From: a virus
DNA: 64,000 bases
Direction: 5' to 3' (one strand)
IMG/VR virus record: IMGVR_UViG_3300008116_000018
Shown: piece by piece, positions 27,521 through 37,082 of the stretch
How positions within the stretch are numbered: the first letter of the stretch is position 1
Layout of the letters: each line of letters starts with the position of its first letter
Position numbers and translations under genes: made by a program
The notes under the pieces: model-generated
Told to the model about the DNA's origin: nothing
What the model saw: the letters and a program-made list of their open reading frames with translations, nothing else
The model's database searches: none

Positions 27521-28636
27521 TTAATACTCAACAACAAAATATCCATTACCGCCCGGCGCACATGTGAAGGACGAACCTGAGCAACCGCATGGACAAATAA
27601 AACAAAAGTTTTGGTTGCTGTAACTGCACGTGCATCGTGCAACGTACTGTGGGTTTTGACCACCGCCACCACCACCACCACATCCTGCGATGCCAAAACA
27701 TCTTGTTGCGACTTCACAGTTACAACTAACAGAATTTGCTCCACCAAATACGCTTGCAATGTATGTTGGACATGGATATCCAGCGGCAGTGCCTGCAATA
27801 GATGTGTCTAGTCTAGACGTAGAGACAATAAATTCTCCTGGCCAACGGGGTTTAACGAGAGGAACACTCACATCATTAATGGCAACAGCTTCACCATTAA
27901 ATGCTTTACATGCAAATAAATCGGAACCTGTGGTACCAGGAAATTCGCTTTGTGTAGTGGTGCCTAAATAACTGCCAGCCGCCCCGCCTTTTCCACCCAT
28001 GACAACAAAGTAACATGTGTTACAATTGTTATTGCATGTTAAAGTGTGACAGAAACAGGTCGCCATTGCTTGAGGGCAACCACAAAGCCCACAGCCACCA
28101 CAGCTACCTGTGGCTGTAATTAAACATGTTACGTTGGCTGCGGTATTTGCTGTACCTGTTCCGCCACACCCGCCACATCCTCTGCCTACGCCGCTGGTGC
28201 GATAGTCGCATGGTTGATTGTAGTTACCGCAACAGAAACCTTCAAAGGTAACTCCGGCACATCCGCCAGCCGCTATAATTTGAGTTCCCATACATGTTGT
28301 GCCACCAGGATAAGCGCCAACCGTAATAGTACATGCTGTTCCTGGAGTAACATCTACTTCAGCGAGAACATAACCACCACCACCGCCGCCGTGACCACCC
28401 ATGCTAGGATGACAAGGGCAACTCATAGAAGGTGAACAAGCGCATGAAGGAGCGCCGCCAGCGCCGAGGGCTGAAACTCTAACTTTGGTAACACCAGTAG
28501 GAACAGTGAACGTTCCAGATACACCAAAAAATTCAAACTGACCGCTTCCGAATGCTGTGTAAGTTGTACATGGTTTTTTTCCAAAAACTAGTGGACTTGC
28601 GACCAATTCTTTTGGTAATGATACATATCTTGCCAT
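27521..28636 (-). CDS. Gly/Cys-rich fibre adhesin-like protein (36 Cys/371 aa)
   Basis: Glycine-rich domain frame SGTFTVP.GVT.VRV...GAGG...GGGGGG...VTPG...ITVG...GGNG..VVEY. Confidence 0.75.
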   Translation of the reverse strand: MARYVSLPKELVASPLVFGKKPCTTYTAFGSGQFEFFGVSGTFTVPTGVTKVRVSALGAGGAPSCACSPSMSCPCHPSMGGHGGGGGGYVLAEVDVTPGTACTITVGAYPGGTTCMGTQIIAAGGCAGVTFEGFCCGNYNQPCDYRTSGVGRGCGGCGGTGTANTAANVTCLITATGSCGGCGLCGCPQAMATCFCHTLTCNNNCNTCYFVVMGGKGGAAGSYLGTTTQSEFPGTTGSDLFACKAFNGEAVAINDVSVPLVKPRWPGEFIVSTSRLDTSIAGTAAGYPCPTYIASVFGGANSVSCNCEVATRCFGIAGCGGGGGGGQNPQYVARCTCSYSNQNFCFICPCGCSGSSFTCAPGGNGYFVVEY

Positions 28637-28640
28637 TTTT

Positions 28641-29066
28641 TTATACCTCGAATTCTATGTTAGGGCGTGTTTCTAAAATTTCCGTAAAAGGAATAATATA
28701 AGACAAAACACACGAATTGTTGTTATTCAATTTTTCAATTTCAGTAGGAACAATAGAAAATATTTCATCGGCCCAAGTTCTAATTTGATCTTTTCTTTCG
28801 ACAGCTAAACCATTATAATGACTAGATGTTAAATATGATGTATACCACGTCACAATTTCATTTAGTTTTTCGATGTGTCCGTTTCTTATAGAATTAAACT
28901 CTTCAACTGTCATACTTGGAGACAGAAAAAGTTGTAATTCGTCATTAAATTTATATCCAACTAAAACATCATAGTCTGCTGGACTCGGCACACAATTAGG
29001 ACTATCTATTGAGCCAACAATAATATTTTCTATAATATTATTGTTTAAAATAAGTGATTTTAACAT
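28641..29066 (-). CDS. Possible fibre assembly chaperone
   Basis: IIENIIV...VGYKF....F.SP pattern; next to fibre genes. Confidence 0.45.
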   Translation of the reverse strand: MLKSLILNNNIIENIIVGSIDSPNCVPSPADYDVLVGYKFNDELQLFLSPSMTVEEFNSIRNGHIEKLNEIVTWYTSYLTSSHYNGLAVERKDQIRTWADEIFSIVPTEIEKLNNNNSCVLSYIIPFTEILETRPNIEFEV

Positions 29067-29088
29067 TTTTTTATTTTCCTTTCACTTT

Positions 29089-29409
29089 TTATGAAGCCGA
29101 TTCTTCAATTCCAAATACAACAACGCTTGTATTAGAATTGGTTGATAATGCACGAATCGTATTTCCAGCTTCAAGTACAATAGCACTTCTTTCTAGCACA
29201 CCAGATGGTGGAATATTTGCATTAAATTCGATGTAACTATTGGCTGTCATAGACCCAAGAGTAGTTAACGCCATGTTAATTCGAGCATCGCCAGAAGCGG
29301 CTTGGTTACACACTGAAATTGTTAAACTTGCAATTAAACCTGCTGGAACAGTATACACTAACGTATCGGTGTTTTGGGTGAGTATAGTTCGACTTAATAT
29401 TCCTGACAT
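29089..29409 (-). CDS. Small beta-sandwich fibre-associated virion protein
   Basis: VYTVPAG, ISVCN, YIEF, VLERSAIVLEAG, V.FGIEE; late promoter at 29438-29445. Confidence 0.6.
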   Translation of the reverse strand: MSGILSRTILTQNTDTLVYTVPAGLIASLTISVCNQAASGDARINMALTTLGSMTANSYIEFNANIPPSGVLERSAIVLEAGNTIRALSTNSNTSVVVFGIEESAS

Positions 29410-29437
29410 TTTTTATCCTCTTTTAATTTGTATGATG

Positions 29438-29445
29438 TATTTATA
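29438..29445 (-). promoter_or_regulatory. Late promoter TATAAATA for the Cys-rich fibre genes
   Basis: Exact consensus. Confidence 0.75.
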
Positions 29446-30672
29446 TCAAAAGTTTCCGTAAAAATACAATTTTGAAGCAGATACGCCACCACCGGCGGCG
29501 GCCCATCCTGTTGATTTATAAACCTCAAGTCTGTCTAGTGTCGTATCGTAGCGAAGCATACCGACAGTCGTATAACCTGCTTTTTCTGCGGTAGTTCCTG
29601 AAGGAATCTTCAATGCGCCTGTGCTTGTGAATGATACGTTTCCAGAAGCTGTCAATGCCGCTGTTGAGACTGACGTTAGCCCTGTTAATGATGTTGAAGT
29701 TGCACCTAGCGCAACGTTGGTGTTACCAATTGTTAAACTACTATTCGTCAACATTGTATTCGTAACAGTGCCAGTGTCAGCAGAGCCAACTAACGTTCCT
29801 GATGTAGGCAATGTTACACTGGTGTTTGCTGTAGCAGTTACTGTTGTATTGAATGCGCCTGCTGTCGTTAAGTTTCCACCAATAGTGATTGTTCGACCAG
29901 CATTGTTGACACCTGTACCACCATACGTTGAATTAATTACTGTGCCTTGCCAAACACCAGTTCCGATTGTGCCGACTGATGTTAAGCTAGAATTGATTAC
30001 GGTGCTACCAAGAGTTGTTGAAGATAGAACTGATGTTCCATTAATTTCAAATATTTTACCCGTAACAAGATTAAAATCTTCAGAAGAAGTCCAACCAAGT
30101 GAAGACCAACTAATAGTTTTATCAGTAGCACCCTTAAGAGTAATACCACCACCAACAGCAGTGAGATCGGTTGGGGATGCTGTAGAACCTAACTCAATAT
30201 TGATATCATCGACAGTAAGAGTTGTCGAATTGACTGTAGTGGTTGTACCGTTGACAGTTAAGTCGCCAGTTATTGTTGCATTACCAGTGACAGTTAAGTT
30301 TGTTGAAAGTGTCGTATTACCGGTAACGTTTAAGTCTGTTCCGACATATAGTTTCTTAGCAACACCAAGACCACCAGCAACTTTAAGTGTACCTGTAGTA
30401 GAAGAACTTGCGTCTGTAGTTCCTGCAAGCGTTAATATGTCTGTGCTTGTATCGTATGTGAGTGCAGAATCATCCGTTAACTGACCTGCTGTCGTAGTAA
30501 GTGCAACTCTACCGGAAGTTAAATTGTTTGCAGATAATGTGCTACCTACGATATTGCCAGTAACAATGTTGCCCGTAGTGCTAACCACCGAGTTAACAGC
30601 GTTTGCAGTGTCATTAAACGCATTTCTGAACTGACCAAACGTGTCGCTTAAGAGTACTTGTGAAATAGGCAT
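29446..30672 (-). CDS. Fibre protein (whisker/short-fibre-like)
   Basis: N-terminal SDTFGQFR; G/T/S-rich; GDLTVNGTTTTVNST, LKIPSGTTA, G.LRYDT. Confidence 0.75.
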   Translation of the reverse strand: MPISQVLLSDTFGQFRNAFNDTANAVNSVVSTTGNIVTGNIVGSTLSANNLTSGRVALTTTAGQLTDDSALTYDTSTDILTLAGTTDASSSTTGTLKVAGGLGVAKKLYVGTDLNVTGNTTLSTNLTVTGNATITGDLTVNGTTTTVNSTTLTVDDINIELGSTASPTDLTAVGGGITLKGATDKTISWSSLGWTSSEDFNLVTGKIFEINGTSVLSSTTLGSTVINSSLTSVGTIGTGVWQGTVINSTYGGTGVNNAGRTITIGGNLTTAGAFNTTVTATANTSVTLPTSGTLVGSADTGTVTNTMLTNSSLTIGNTNVALGATSTSLTGLTSVSTAALTASGNVSFTSTGALKIPSGTTAEKAGYTTVGMLRYDTTLDRLEVYKSTGWAAAGGGVSASKLYFYGNF

Positions 30673-30674
30673 GA

Positions 30675-30926
30675 TTAGTCTTGTCTCTCTTTAGTTATTT
30701 TTAGTAATAGATGTTTGATTTCGTTAAGGTCTGACTTGATGCTGTCTACTTCTCCACGAATCAACGTGATTTCATTTCTACTCTTATTTATATCAGATAT
30801 TTTTCTTTTTTGAATTTTATACTTAAGAAGTGCGTCCATATCTGTATTTAGAATTGCCTTAGAGTTTTTATCTCTCTCGGTAAATCCACGAACAGGCTCT
30901 GCAATTTTAATTTTTTCTACTATCAT
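30675..30926 (-). CDS. Conserved small coiled-coil protein downstream of the VrlC-like gene
   Basis: RD.NS.AILNTD, LK.D..EIK.LL. Confidence 0.7.
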   Translation of the reverse strand: MIVEKIKIAEPVRGFTERDKNSKAILNTDMDALLKYKIQKRKISDINKSRNEITLIRGEVDSIKSDLNEIKHLLLKITKERQD

Positions 30927-33900
30927 GCTAGTGCTATTCCTCTTAAATCTTTGACTTTCGGAGCATAACTTGGGTTGCTAGACAAGAATGTGATCTTGAT
31001 CGCAAAGTTCTTGTACCCTTGGAATGTTCTTCCATCAGGTGTTGTGTAAGCAACTGTATTATTTAGAACACGGAAAATGTCTTGACCAGAAGCAACTGTA
31101 GAAAATGCAGACTCAACTGTCAATGCTGTGTTATTTGCAATTGTAGCAACCACACGTTCTGTTCTAGCAGTACCGACAGCGATTGTATCGCCAATTTTCA
31201 AGTCTTCAATAAAGCGAGTAGATGTACCGATGACTGTTGTAGATACGTTCGAGATTGCAACTGTACCAGCAAGAAACTCGGAACCACCAGTTTTCACTGT
31301 AGATGGTACAACATACTTTTCTTCTTTGTACTCATTTTGATTGAGTGTGAAGGTTTCTGTGCCAACTAATTCCATAGGAGTATAGAATTTATCATCAAAC
31401 GCATCTGTGTCGTTTTCATTCAACAGCTTGCAGTAAACTTTAATAGATGTTCCTGGTGGTCTGTTGATCTTCAAATAAGTAACTAAATCTGAGGCTTCAA
31501 ATCCATCATTCAACGTCACAACTTTAGTGATGTATCTAGACTGCGATGAATATGCTCCAGTTGGATTCTCTTCATTGCGAACAGTCATTGCTTGACTGAC
31601 TGCATTTGATGTAGTAAAGTTATTTGAAACAGTCAAAACTGTGTTACTTGATATCGAAGAAACTCTGCGATATTCGTCACCGAAGTATGCATATTCACCA
31701 GGGAATACTTGTGTGGTGAACGTTGTACCAGTACCAATAACAACATTATTACCAGAAGCATATGTAACTGTTCCAGAAACGGCAGTTTCATCTAGATTAT
31801 TAATAATGTTTTTATCGAAGTGGAAAAGAAGTTTTTCGTTATCGATGTATGGGCTGATATACTTGTTTGTCGTAGACAATGTTGCTTTTACTAACAATGA
31901 TTTAAAGTTGGCAGCCGTTTCAGATGCAGATGTAGAAATCTGTTTTCTAGAACGCAATACCAGTCTTTCATATTTTTTAATTGTAGTGAAATCTTCATCG
32001 ACTGCTAGGTTACTATCAGAAGTTTTAATTTCATACTTGATGTTAGTTCCCGCAAGAACCACATCGGCAATTGATGGTGTTAACGCATCATACGTGAAAG
32101 CCGTAGTTAATGGAATGTTATTCCAGAAAGCAACTTTAGAAGTAGTCGTATCAAACTGTGCGACTCTCATAGTGAATTTCATATCAGTGTTTTGTTTTAC
32201 AGCCCAAGTCTTGTCATTAGACGATGAAAATAGAACACCACTGTTATATGCAGATTCAATTCTAGTTTGCTTATTTGGTTCTGTAATATCAACTGCGCCC
32301 AACTCGGCAACCCAAAGTGCAAAATCAGGATCATTGTTTGATGGCTTAACCGTGAAACAGTAATCAACACCAGGACTCAAATAGATAGGATTCTTAAATG
32401 TGCATTTTGTTGCGACTGATGCATTTTCACTTACATTGATATCTGTGTTTTTAACAACCGCATTATCACCATCACTAATTAATTCTGGTGAAGGGAATCC
32501 ATTTTCGAGTTCACGTATCTCAACTGTAACATAAGCATTCTCCGATTGTGACTTTGTTCTAAAGAACAAGTCGATAGAAGTTAAGTACATGCCTCTTTCA
32601 AATGTATTTGGATCGACAAAGAAACTCTGTGATAATGGATCCCAGTTTTGTGGAGGTGGTATAGTCACTCTTCCGGTTTCAACACGCTGAGATGAGACTG
32701 TTCTTCTGCCTATAGATCGCTGTGTATCGAATGATATACTAGTGAATGGTCTAGAGTTAATCGAGAACGATGCAGTCTTTTGTATAACACCCTGTGAAGT
32801 AATGATGTTTCTTGCACTTGTTAATGTTGTGCCTTCTGAGTTTGTAGGACTGTCTGTAATTTTAAACTCACGTTGACCAGTGTAAAATTTCTTAGATGGA
32901 ACTTCAAACAACAAATAGATTTCGTTATTTTTAACAATTAATGGTTGTGCAGTGTTTGCGCCATCAGCAATTGCTTTCCAAGTAACGTTCTCATCTTCTA
33001 ATACACCAGCGTTGTTGAACTTATTCAATGTCTGTAGAGTAGAAGTGCCAAGCAATTGAATCTGATAACAATTTGCGGTAACATTAACACCATCAAAGAA
33101 TGCATAAACTCTAGCGTTGTTTTTCAGACCTTTAGCATAAATTACAAATTCACGCTGACGCATCCACAGTGCAACTTCTACACTCACAACTCTATCAAAA
33201 GAAACTTCTTGTTTACTTGCTAGAGGTCTCTGGCCAGTTGCAATTTTGTTAAACGCTTCTTGTGTCACTGTGCGTAATGCTGTGGTGACGTTTTGATTTC
33301 CCTGTTGTGTTGTTTGTTGCGCTGTGTCTACTGTTTGCTGTGTGCCACCAAGCCAATGTTGATTTAATGGCGCAACTTCTGTGTTCCACGCATCGATCAA
33401 TGCTTTCCAGTTATCTGCACCTTGGTCATCGTTGTACACTTGCGCTTTAGTTGGATCGTTTACGGTATCAAAGAATGTATCAGCAAATGGCATGACAGAT
33501 AAGTCACCAGTCCATATGAAGTTTAATTCTTCAGCGAGTCTTAGTTGTCTAGATGCATATTGTTGTTTTAGACCAGGCGCTTCAACTTCAGTATACGGCA
33601 ACATAATTTTGTTACCAACTTGAAGTGATGTTGTTGAAGTAGTTGTTCCTGTAGTGGAATAACGAAGTCCTACAGTGTTTGAGTTATCCTGTTTAGCAGT
33701 TACAAAGTTATTTTTCTTGTCGATAGCACAATCTTTGGCATCGTTAGACGTGGATGCAACTGCCCAACCAGTAAATGGATCGACAAGAATACCATTCTTG
33801 AATCTATCTAAACCATCATTGTCCAATTCTGTTGTGTCTGTTGCCTGTTTTTCTAAGAAACTCAATGCAGTGAAATACTCAAGTCTTTCGAGTCTTTCAT

Positions 33901-36900
33901 TCATACGTGCAACTTCACGCATTGTAAGACGCTTGTTCTTTAATAGCTTGATTTGAACATCGATTGGTAAAGATGGATATGCTGGAATAATTAATTCTGC
34001 AATCTCTAATGTATCTGGCTTTGTTGGTGGTGATTCTGCTCTCTGATTACCAGCTTGTGCAGGCACACCATCGTTGATACCGAATACACCAGCATTGTTG
34101 ATGTATACTTTTGAGATTCTACCTTTGTAGTAAATCAAGTCAGCATCAAAGTCTGAATTTGATTGTGGAATACGAAGACCAAACGTAGGCACTTGATATG
34201 TACCAACGTCAATAGGATTTAAAGCTGTGTTAGCAGTCTTGATTGGTCTAAAGTCAACCGAATCACGAAGTTTAAAAATCTTCTTAGTTGTAGGACTTGT
34301 GAAAATCGGTATGCGTGAAGTCGCAATCGTAGTATTTGATGATACTTCATCGTTGATTGGATATGAGTCAACTGATGCGTAACCAACACCTTGAGATGTG
34401 TCGTGCGTAAAGTTGTCAAATACAGCCAACAGTCTACCAGAAGGAACAAATCCTGTCACTGGACGAATTGATCCATGCTCGTATGCATAGTCACGTTGTC
34501 CATTGTCTAGTGTGAAACTAGAAATAACATTGGTGTTGCCTGTAGTTGCGGCTGTATCAAATGAAGACGATTGATATACTGCGTGTAGTTGATAGATATC
34601 ACCTACGCCTAATCCGAACGGACCAGACAATCCGCTGATGTGTGTGTTTGGATTAATGTTTGCTTGCGTTTGAAAATTCAGTGTTTTGATTTTTTCTCTA
34701 GCATTCGCTCTATCCATTGACACGATAACGTCAGCAGTGAATGTTGCATTTTCTTGAACGTCAATCGATGCAGTGCCTGGAGAAGTAACGTTAACAGTTC
34801 TTGTACTTCCCTTTCCGCCATTGTCAGAAAGAGACAACACCGTTCCTGTTGGTATAATTTTTGTGTGTGCGACACCAGTAGCACCAGCACCATGCGCTGT
34901 TGCTAAAGTTAGTGCAGTAGCACTTGCAATAGATGCAATTCTGTGCGTAGTAGTTGATCCAATTTTAATTAAATCACCGACATTGTATTGTGATGTGAAT
35001 AGTGTGCCACTGCCAGTAACAGCAGTAGATGATGCACCTACAGTAACAGTACCAGTCAACGCAGAAGTTTCTACGTTTGCGCCACCATTGTTAACAACAA
35101 CCATATAGAAGTCGTTTTTCTGTGTGGAGTTTAATGTATCTGTACCAACGAATGTTTCTGTAACAGTATCCGTTGCAATAGTTGCAACACCAGATGTGAA
35201 AGATACAGTAAACTTTTTCTTGAATCTAAACGAAGTTTCAACGTTTTGTAATGTGTCACGAAGAGTTTTAACCGCATCATATGGTAACGGAAAAATCATC
35301 GAATCAAAAGAAGTCTCTTGTAAAACAGCGCCAGCGGTAGTTGTTACAATATCAGCAAAACGTTTTGGTGTCGCAGAATCATATATCGCACGAACTTGAG
35401 AAAATGTTTTACCAGCAACCATTGCAATTTCATACAAATACAAATAGTATCTTGCATCGGCAGTACCTTTAGTACCACTTACGTATTCAATAGAACGAAC
35501 CCTAGCAGTACCAATCGCACTACCGGCTACTGTTGCTGTCGAATGTGTTAAGTTTGTAATCACTTGCTGTGGTGTGTCATACAAATCAACCAATGTTGAT
35601 TCCTGAATATCCCATGCACCGACTAACTCTTTAACTTCAATATATTGTCCATAGTTAATTTGAGTCTTTGTTTGCTCTACGTATTGAGTGTCTAGACCCT
35701 TCTCTACTTCAATTTGTGTTTTTATGATAATCTGATTTCTATATCCAGACACATATGATGTGAATGGATCAACTTCAACCATAAGCAAATCTGAGTTGCC
35801 GCCTTCGGCAGAAGTATACACACCAGTGTCAGTTCCAGATGTTGTCAAGTGTTCACGAACGTAAACGACAGGATCAGACAACGTGTAGTTACCAGATTCT
35901 TCATTTGTTCGTTTTGCTAAAACATCTTCTAGTTTATTGTCAACAGTAATTGATTTTCTTTTTCTAGCAATACCGTCTTCAATTTCGGTGATTGTGATGA
36001 ATTCATTTTCATCTGTTGTTGCGCCTAACGCAATCTTAGTGAGTGTCGTATCGATCTTGAGTCTATCAGCACCAGGTGCTTGAAAGTTTGGTGTGCCCTG
36101 TGCGTTATCAACAAGCGATTGATCTTCAATGTAATCAATGAATGTTTTTGTTGGAACTAAACCAACTCTATATGAAGGCTCATTCGTGTACTTGTCGAGA
36201 ATAATTGTTTGTGTAGAGTGCTTAACAAAATGGTCTGCGACATAAACGACACCTTCTGATACAGTAATCTTAGAACCGTAGTCATATACCTGTTCTGTAG
36301 CTAGACCTTCATTCACTACGTTTCTAACTGCATTTGTTGCCGCAGCCAATGCGTATGCTCTGCCTGTTGTGTTCGCAGTGAAAATTGTTTCCGAATTTGC
36401 AAATTTAGTATTTGCACTTTGATTTGAAATACTTGTTACGTTAATTACTTGAGTAACACCAGTGCTTAATACTGTGTTTGCTGTTGTTGCAGTTAATGTT
36501 CCAGATGTGTTTGAAACAAAGATTTTAATTGCACCAGAAATTGGATCGGTATAAAATGCTTCAATCGTAGCAGTATTACCTGTTGAGAAGGTAATTGTAT
36601 TTCCTGATGTGAGTGTAGTTGGTGCAACGTTTACTGTAAGAACTTGTGTTCCGTTTGTTGCATAGTTGATGAATAGTGTTTTTGGATCAGTGCCATCAAT
36701 GTCTTCAACAAGTCCACAGTATGCTTTAATGCCGCTGTTTGCGCCATAGATTATGCTACCAACAAAATTCGCAACTGCAACTGTGTTACTATTATATGTA
36801 GGTTGAAGTTTGACGAAACTTAAATTTAAGTCTAGGTTTTGTTCGCAACCATCGACAAGAGCGCCTTGCTTGAAAAAATATTCAGCAAAGCGTCTAGTCT

Positions 36901-37054
36901 GCACCTGTTGAAGAGTCTGTGCTTGTGTAAGTTCTCTAGCCTGAACAGCACGTCCAGGACGATAGAGAACTCTTACAAACTTTTTATCTTCATTATAATC
37001 ATCAAAATATGGACTGGTATTTAAGTCTAGTCCACCAGGATTTGTATTTGCCAT
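30923..37054 (-). CDS. Large baseplate/structural protein, VrlC-like (DUF4815-type)
   Basis: PYFDDY, LYRPG.AVQARELTQ.Q, APGADRL, DRFKNGILVDPF, DPLSQSF, P.VKDLR.IAL. Confidence 0.9.
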   Translation of the reverse strand: MANTNPGGLDLNTSPYFDDYNEDKKFVRVLYRPGRAVQARELTQAQTLQQVQTRRFAEYFFKQGALVDGCEQNLDLNLSFVKLQPTYNSNTVAVANFVGSIIYGANSGIKAYCGLVEDIDGTDPKTLFINYATNGTQVLTVNVAPTTLTSGNTITFSTGNTATIEAFYTDPISGAIKIFVSNTSGTLTATTANTVLSTGVTQVINVTSISNQSANTKFANSETIFTANTTGRAYALAAATNAVRNVVNEGLATEQVYDYGSKITVSEGVVYVADHFVKHSTQTIILDKYTNEPSYRVGLVPTKTFIDYIEDQSLVDNAQGTPNFQAPGADRLKIDTTLTKIALGATTDENEFITITEIEDGIARKRKSITVDNKLEDVLAKRTNEESGNYTLSDPVVYVREHLTTSGTDTGVYTSAEGGNSDLLMVEVDPFTSYVSGYRNQIIIKTQIEVEKGLDTQYVEQTKTQINYGQYIEVKELVGAWDIQESTLVDLYDTPQQVITNLTHSTATVAGSAIGTARVRSIEYVSGTKGTADARYYLYLYEIAMVAGKTFSQVRAIYDSATPKRFADIVTTTAGAVLQETSFDSMIFPLPYDAVKTLRDTLQNVETSFRFKKKFTVSFTSGVATIATDTVTETFVGTDTLNSTQKNDFYMVVVNNGGANVETSALTGTVTVGASSTAVTGSGTLFTSQYNVGDLIKIGSTTTHRIASIASATALTLATAHGAGATGVAHTKIIPTGTVLSLSDNGGKGSTRTVNVTSPGTASIDVQENATFTADVIVSMDRANAREKIKTLNFQTQANINPNTHISGLSGPFGLGVGDIYQLHAVYQSSSFDTAATTGNTNVISSFTLDNGQRDYAYEHGSIRPVTGFVPSGRLLAVFDNFTHDTSQGVGYASVDSYPINDEVSSNTTIATSRIPIFTSPTTKKIFKLRDSVDFRPIKTANTALNPIDVGTYQVPTFGLRIPQSNSDFDADLIYYKGRISKVYINNAGVFGINDGVPAQAGNQRAESPPTKPDTLEIAELIIPAYPSLPIDVQIKLLKNKRLTMREVARMNERLERLEYFTALSFLEKQATDTTELDNDGLDRFKNGILVDPFTGWAVASTSNDAKDCAIDKKNNFVTAKQDNSNTVGLRYSTTGTTTSTTSLQVGNKIMLPYTEVEAPGLKQQYASRQLRLAEELNFIWTGDLSVMPFADTFFDTVNDPTKAQVYNDDQGADNWKALIDAWNTEVAPLNQHWLGGTQQTVDTAQQTTQQGNQNVTTALRTVTQEAFNKIATGQRPLASKQEVSFDRVVSVEVALWMRQREFVIYAKGLKNNARVYAFFDGVNVTANCYQIQLLGTSTLQTLNKFNNAGVLEDENVTWKAIADGANTAQPLIVKNNEIYLLFEVPSKKFYTGQREFKITDSPTNSEGTTLTSARNIITSQGVIQKTASFSINSRPFTSISFDTQRSIGRRTVSSQRVETGRVTIPPPQNWDPLSQSFFVDPNTFERGMYLTSIDLFFRTKSQSENAYVTVEIRELENGFPSPELISDGDNAVVKNTDINVSENASVATKCTFKNPIYLSPGVDYCFTVKPSNNDPDFALWVAELGAVDITEPNKQTRIESAYNSGVLFSSSNDKTWAVKQNTDMKFTMRVAQFDTTTSKVAFWNNIPLTTAFTYDALTPSIADVVLAGTNIKYEIKTSDSNLAVDEDFTTIKKYERLVLRSRKQISTSASETAANFKSLLVKATLSTTNKYISPYIDNEKLLFHFDKNIINNLDETAVSGTVTYASGNNVVIGTGTTFTTQVFPGEYAYFGDEYRRVSSISSNTVLTVSNNFTTSNAVSQAMTVRNEENPTGAYSSQSRYITKVVTLNDGFEASDLVTYLKINRPPGTSIKVYCKLLNENDTDAFDDKFYTPMELVGTETFTLNQNEYKEEKYVVPSTVKTGGSEFLAGTVAISNVSTTVIGTSTRFIEDLKIGDTIAVGTARTERVVATIANNTALTVESAFSTVASGQDIFRVLNNTVAYTTPDGRTFQGYKNFAIKITFLSSNPSYAPKVKDLRGIALA

Positions 37055-37082
37055 TTATTTTTCAAGCCTACGTTTTTTTAAA

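Noticed and set aside
26792-28636. Cys-rich ORFs as RiPP precursors
   Set aside because: No leader/core layout, peptidase, transporter, radical SAM or YcaO/LanM; they have fibre-domain frames and follow a late promoter
29621-30484. Long + strand ORF (287 aa) and similar shadows (8394, 31641, 40338, 53786)
   Set aside because: Antisense shadows of Thr/Gly/Ala-rich genes; no RBS or family motifs
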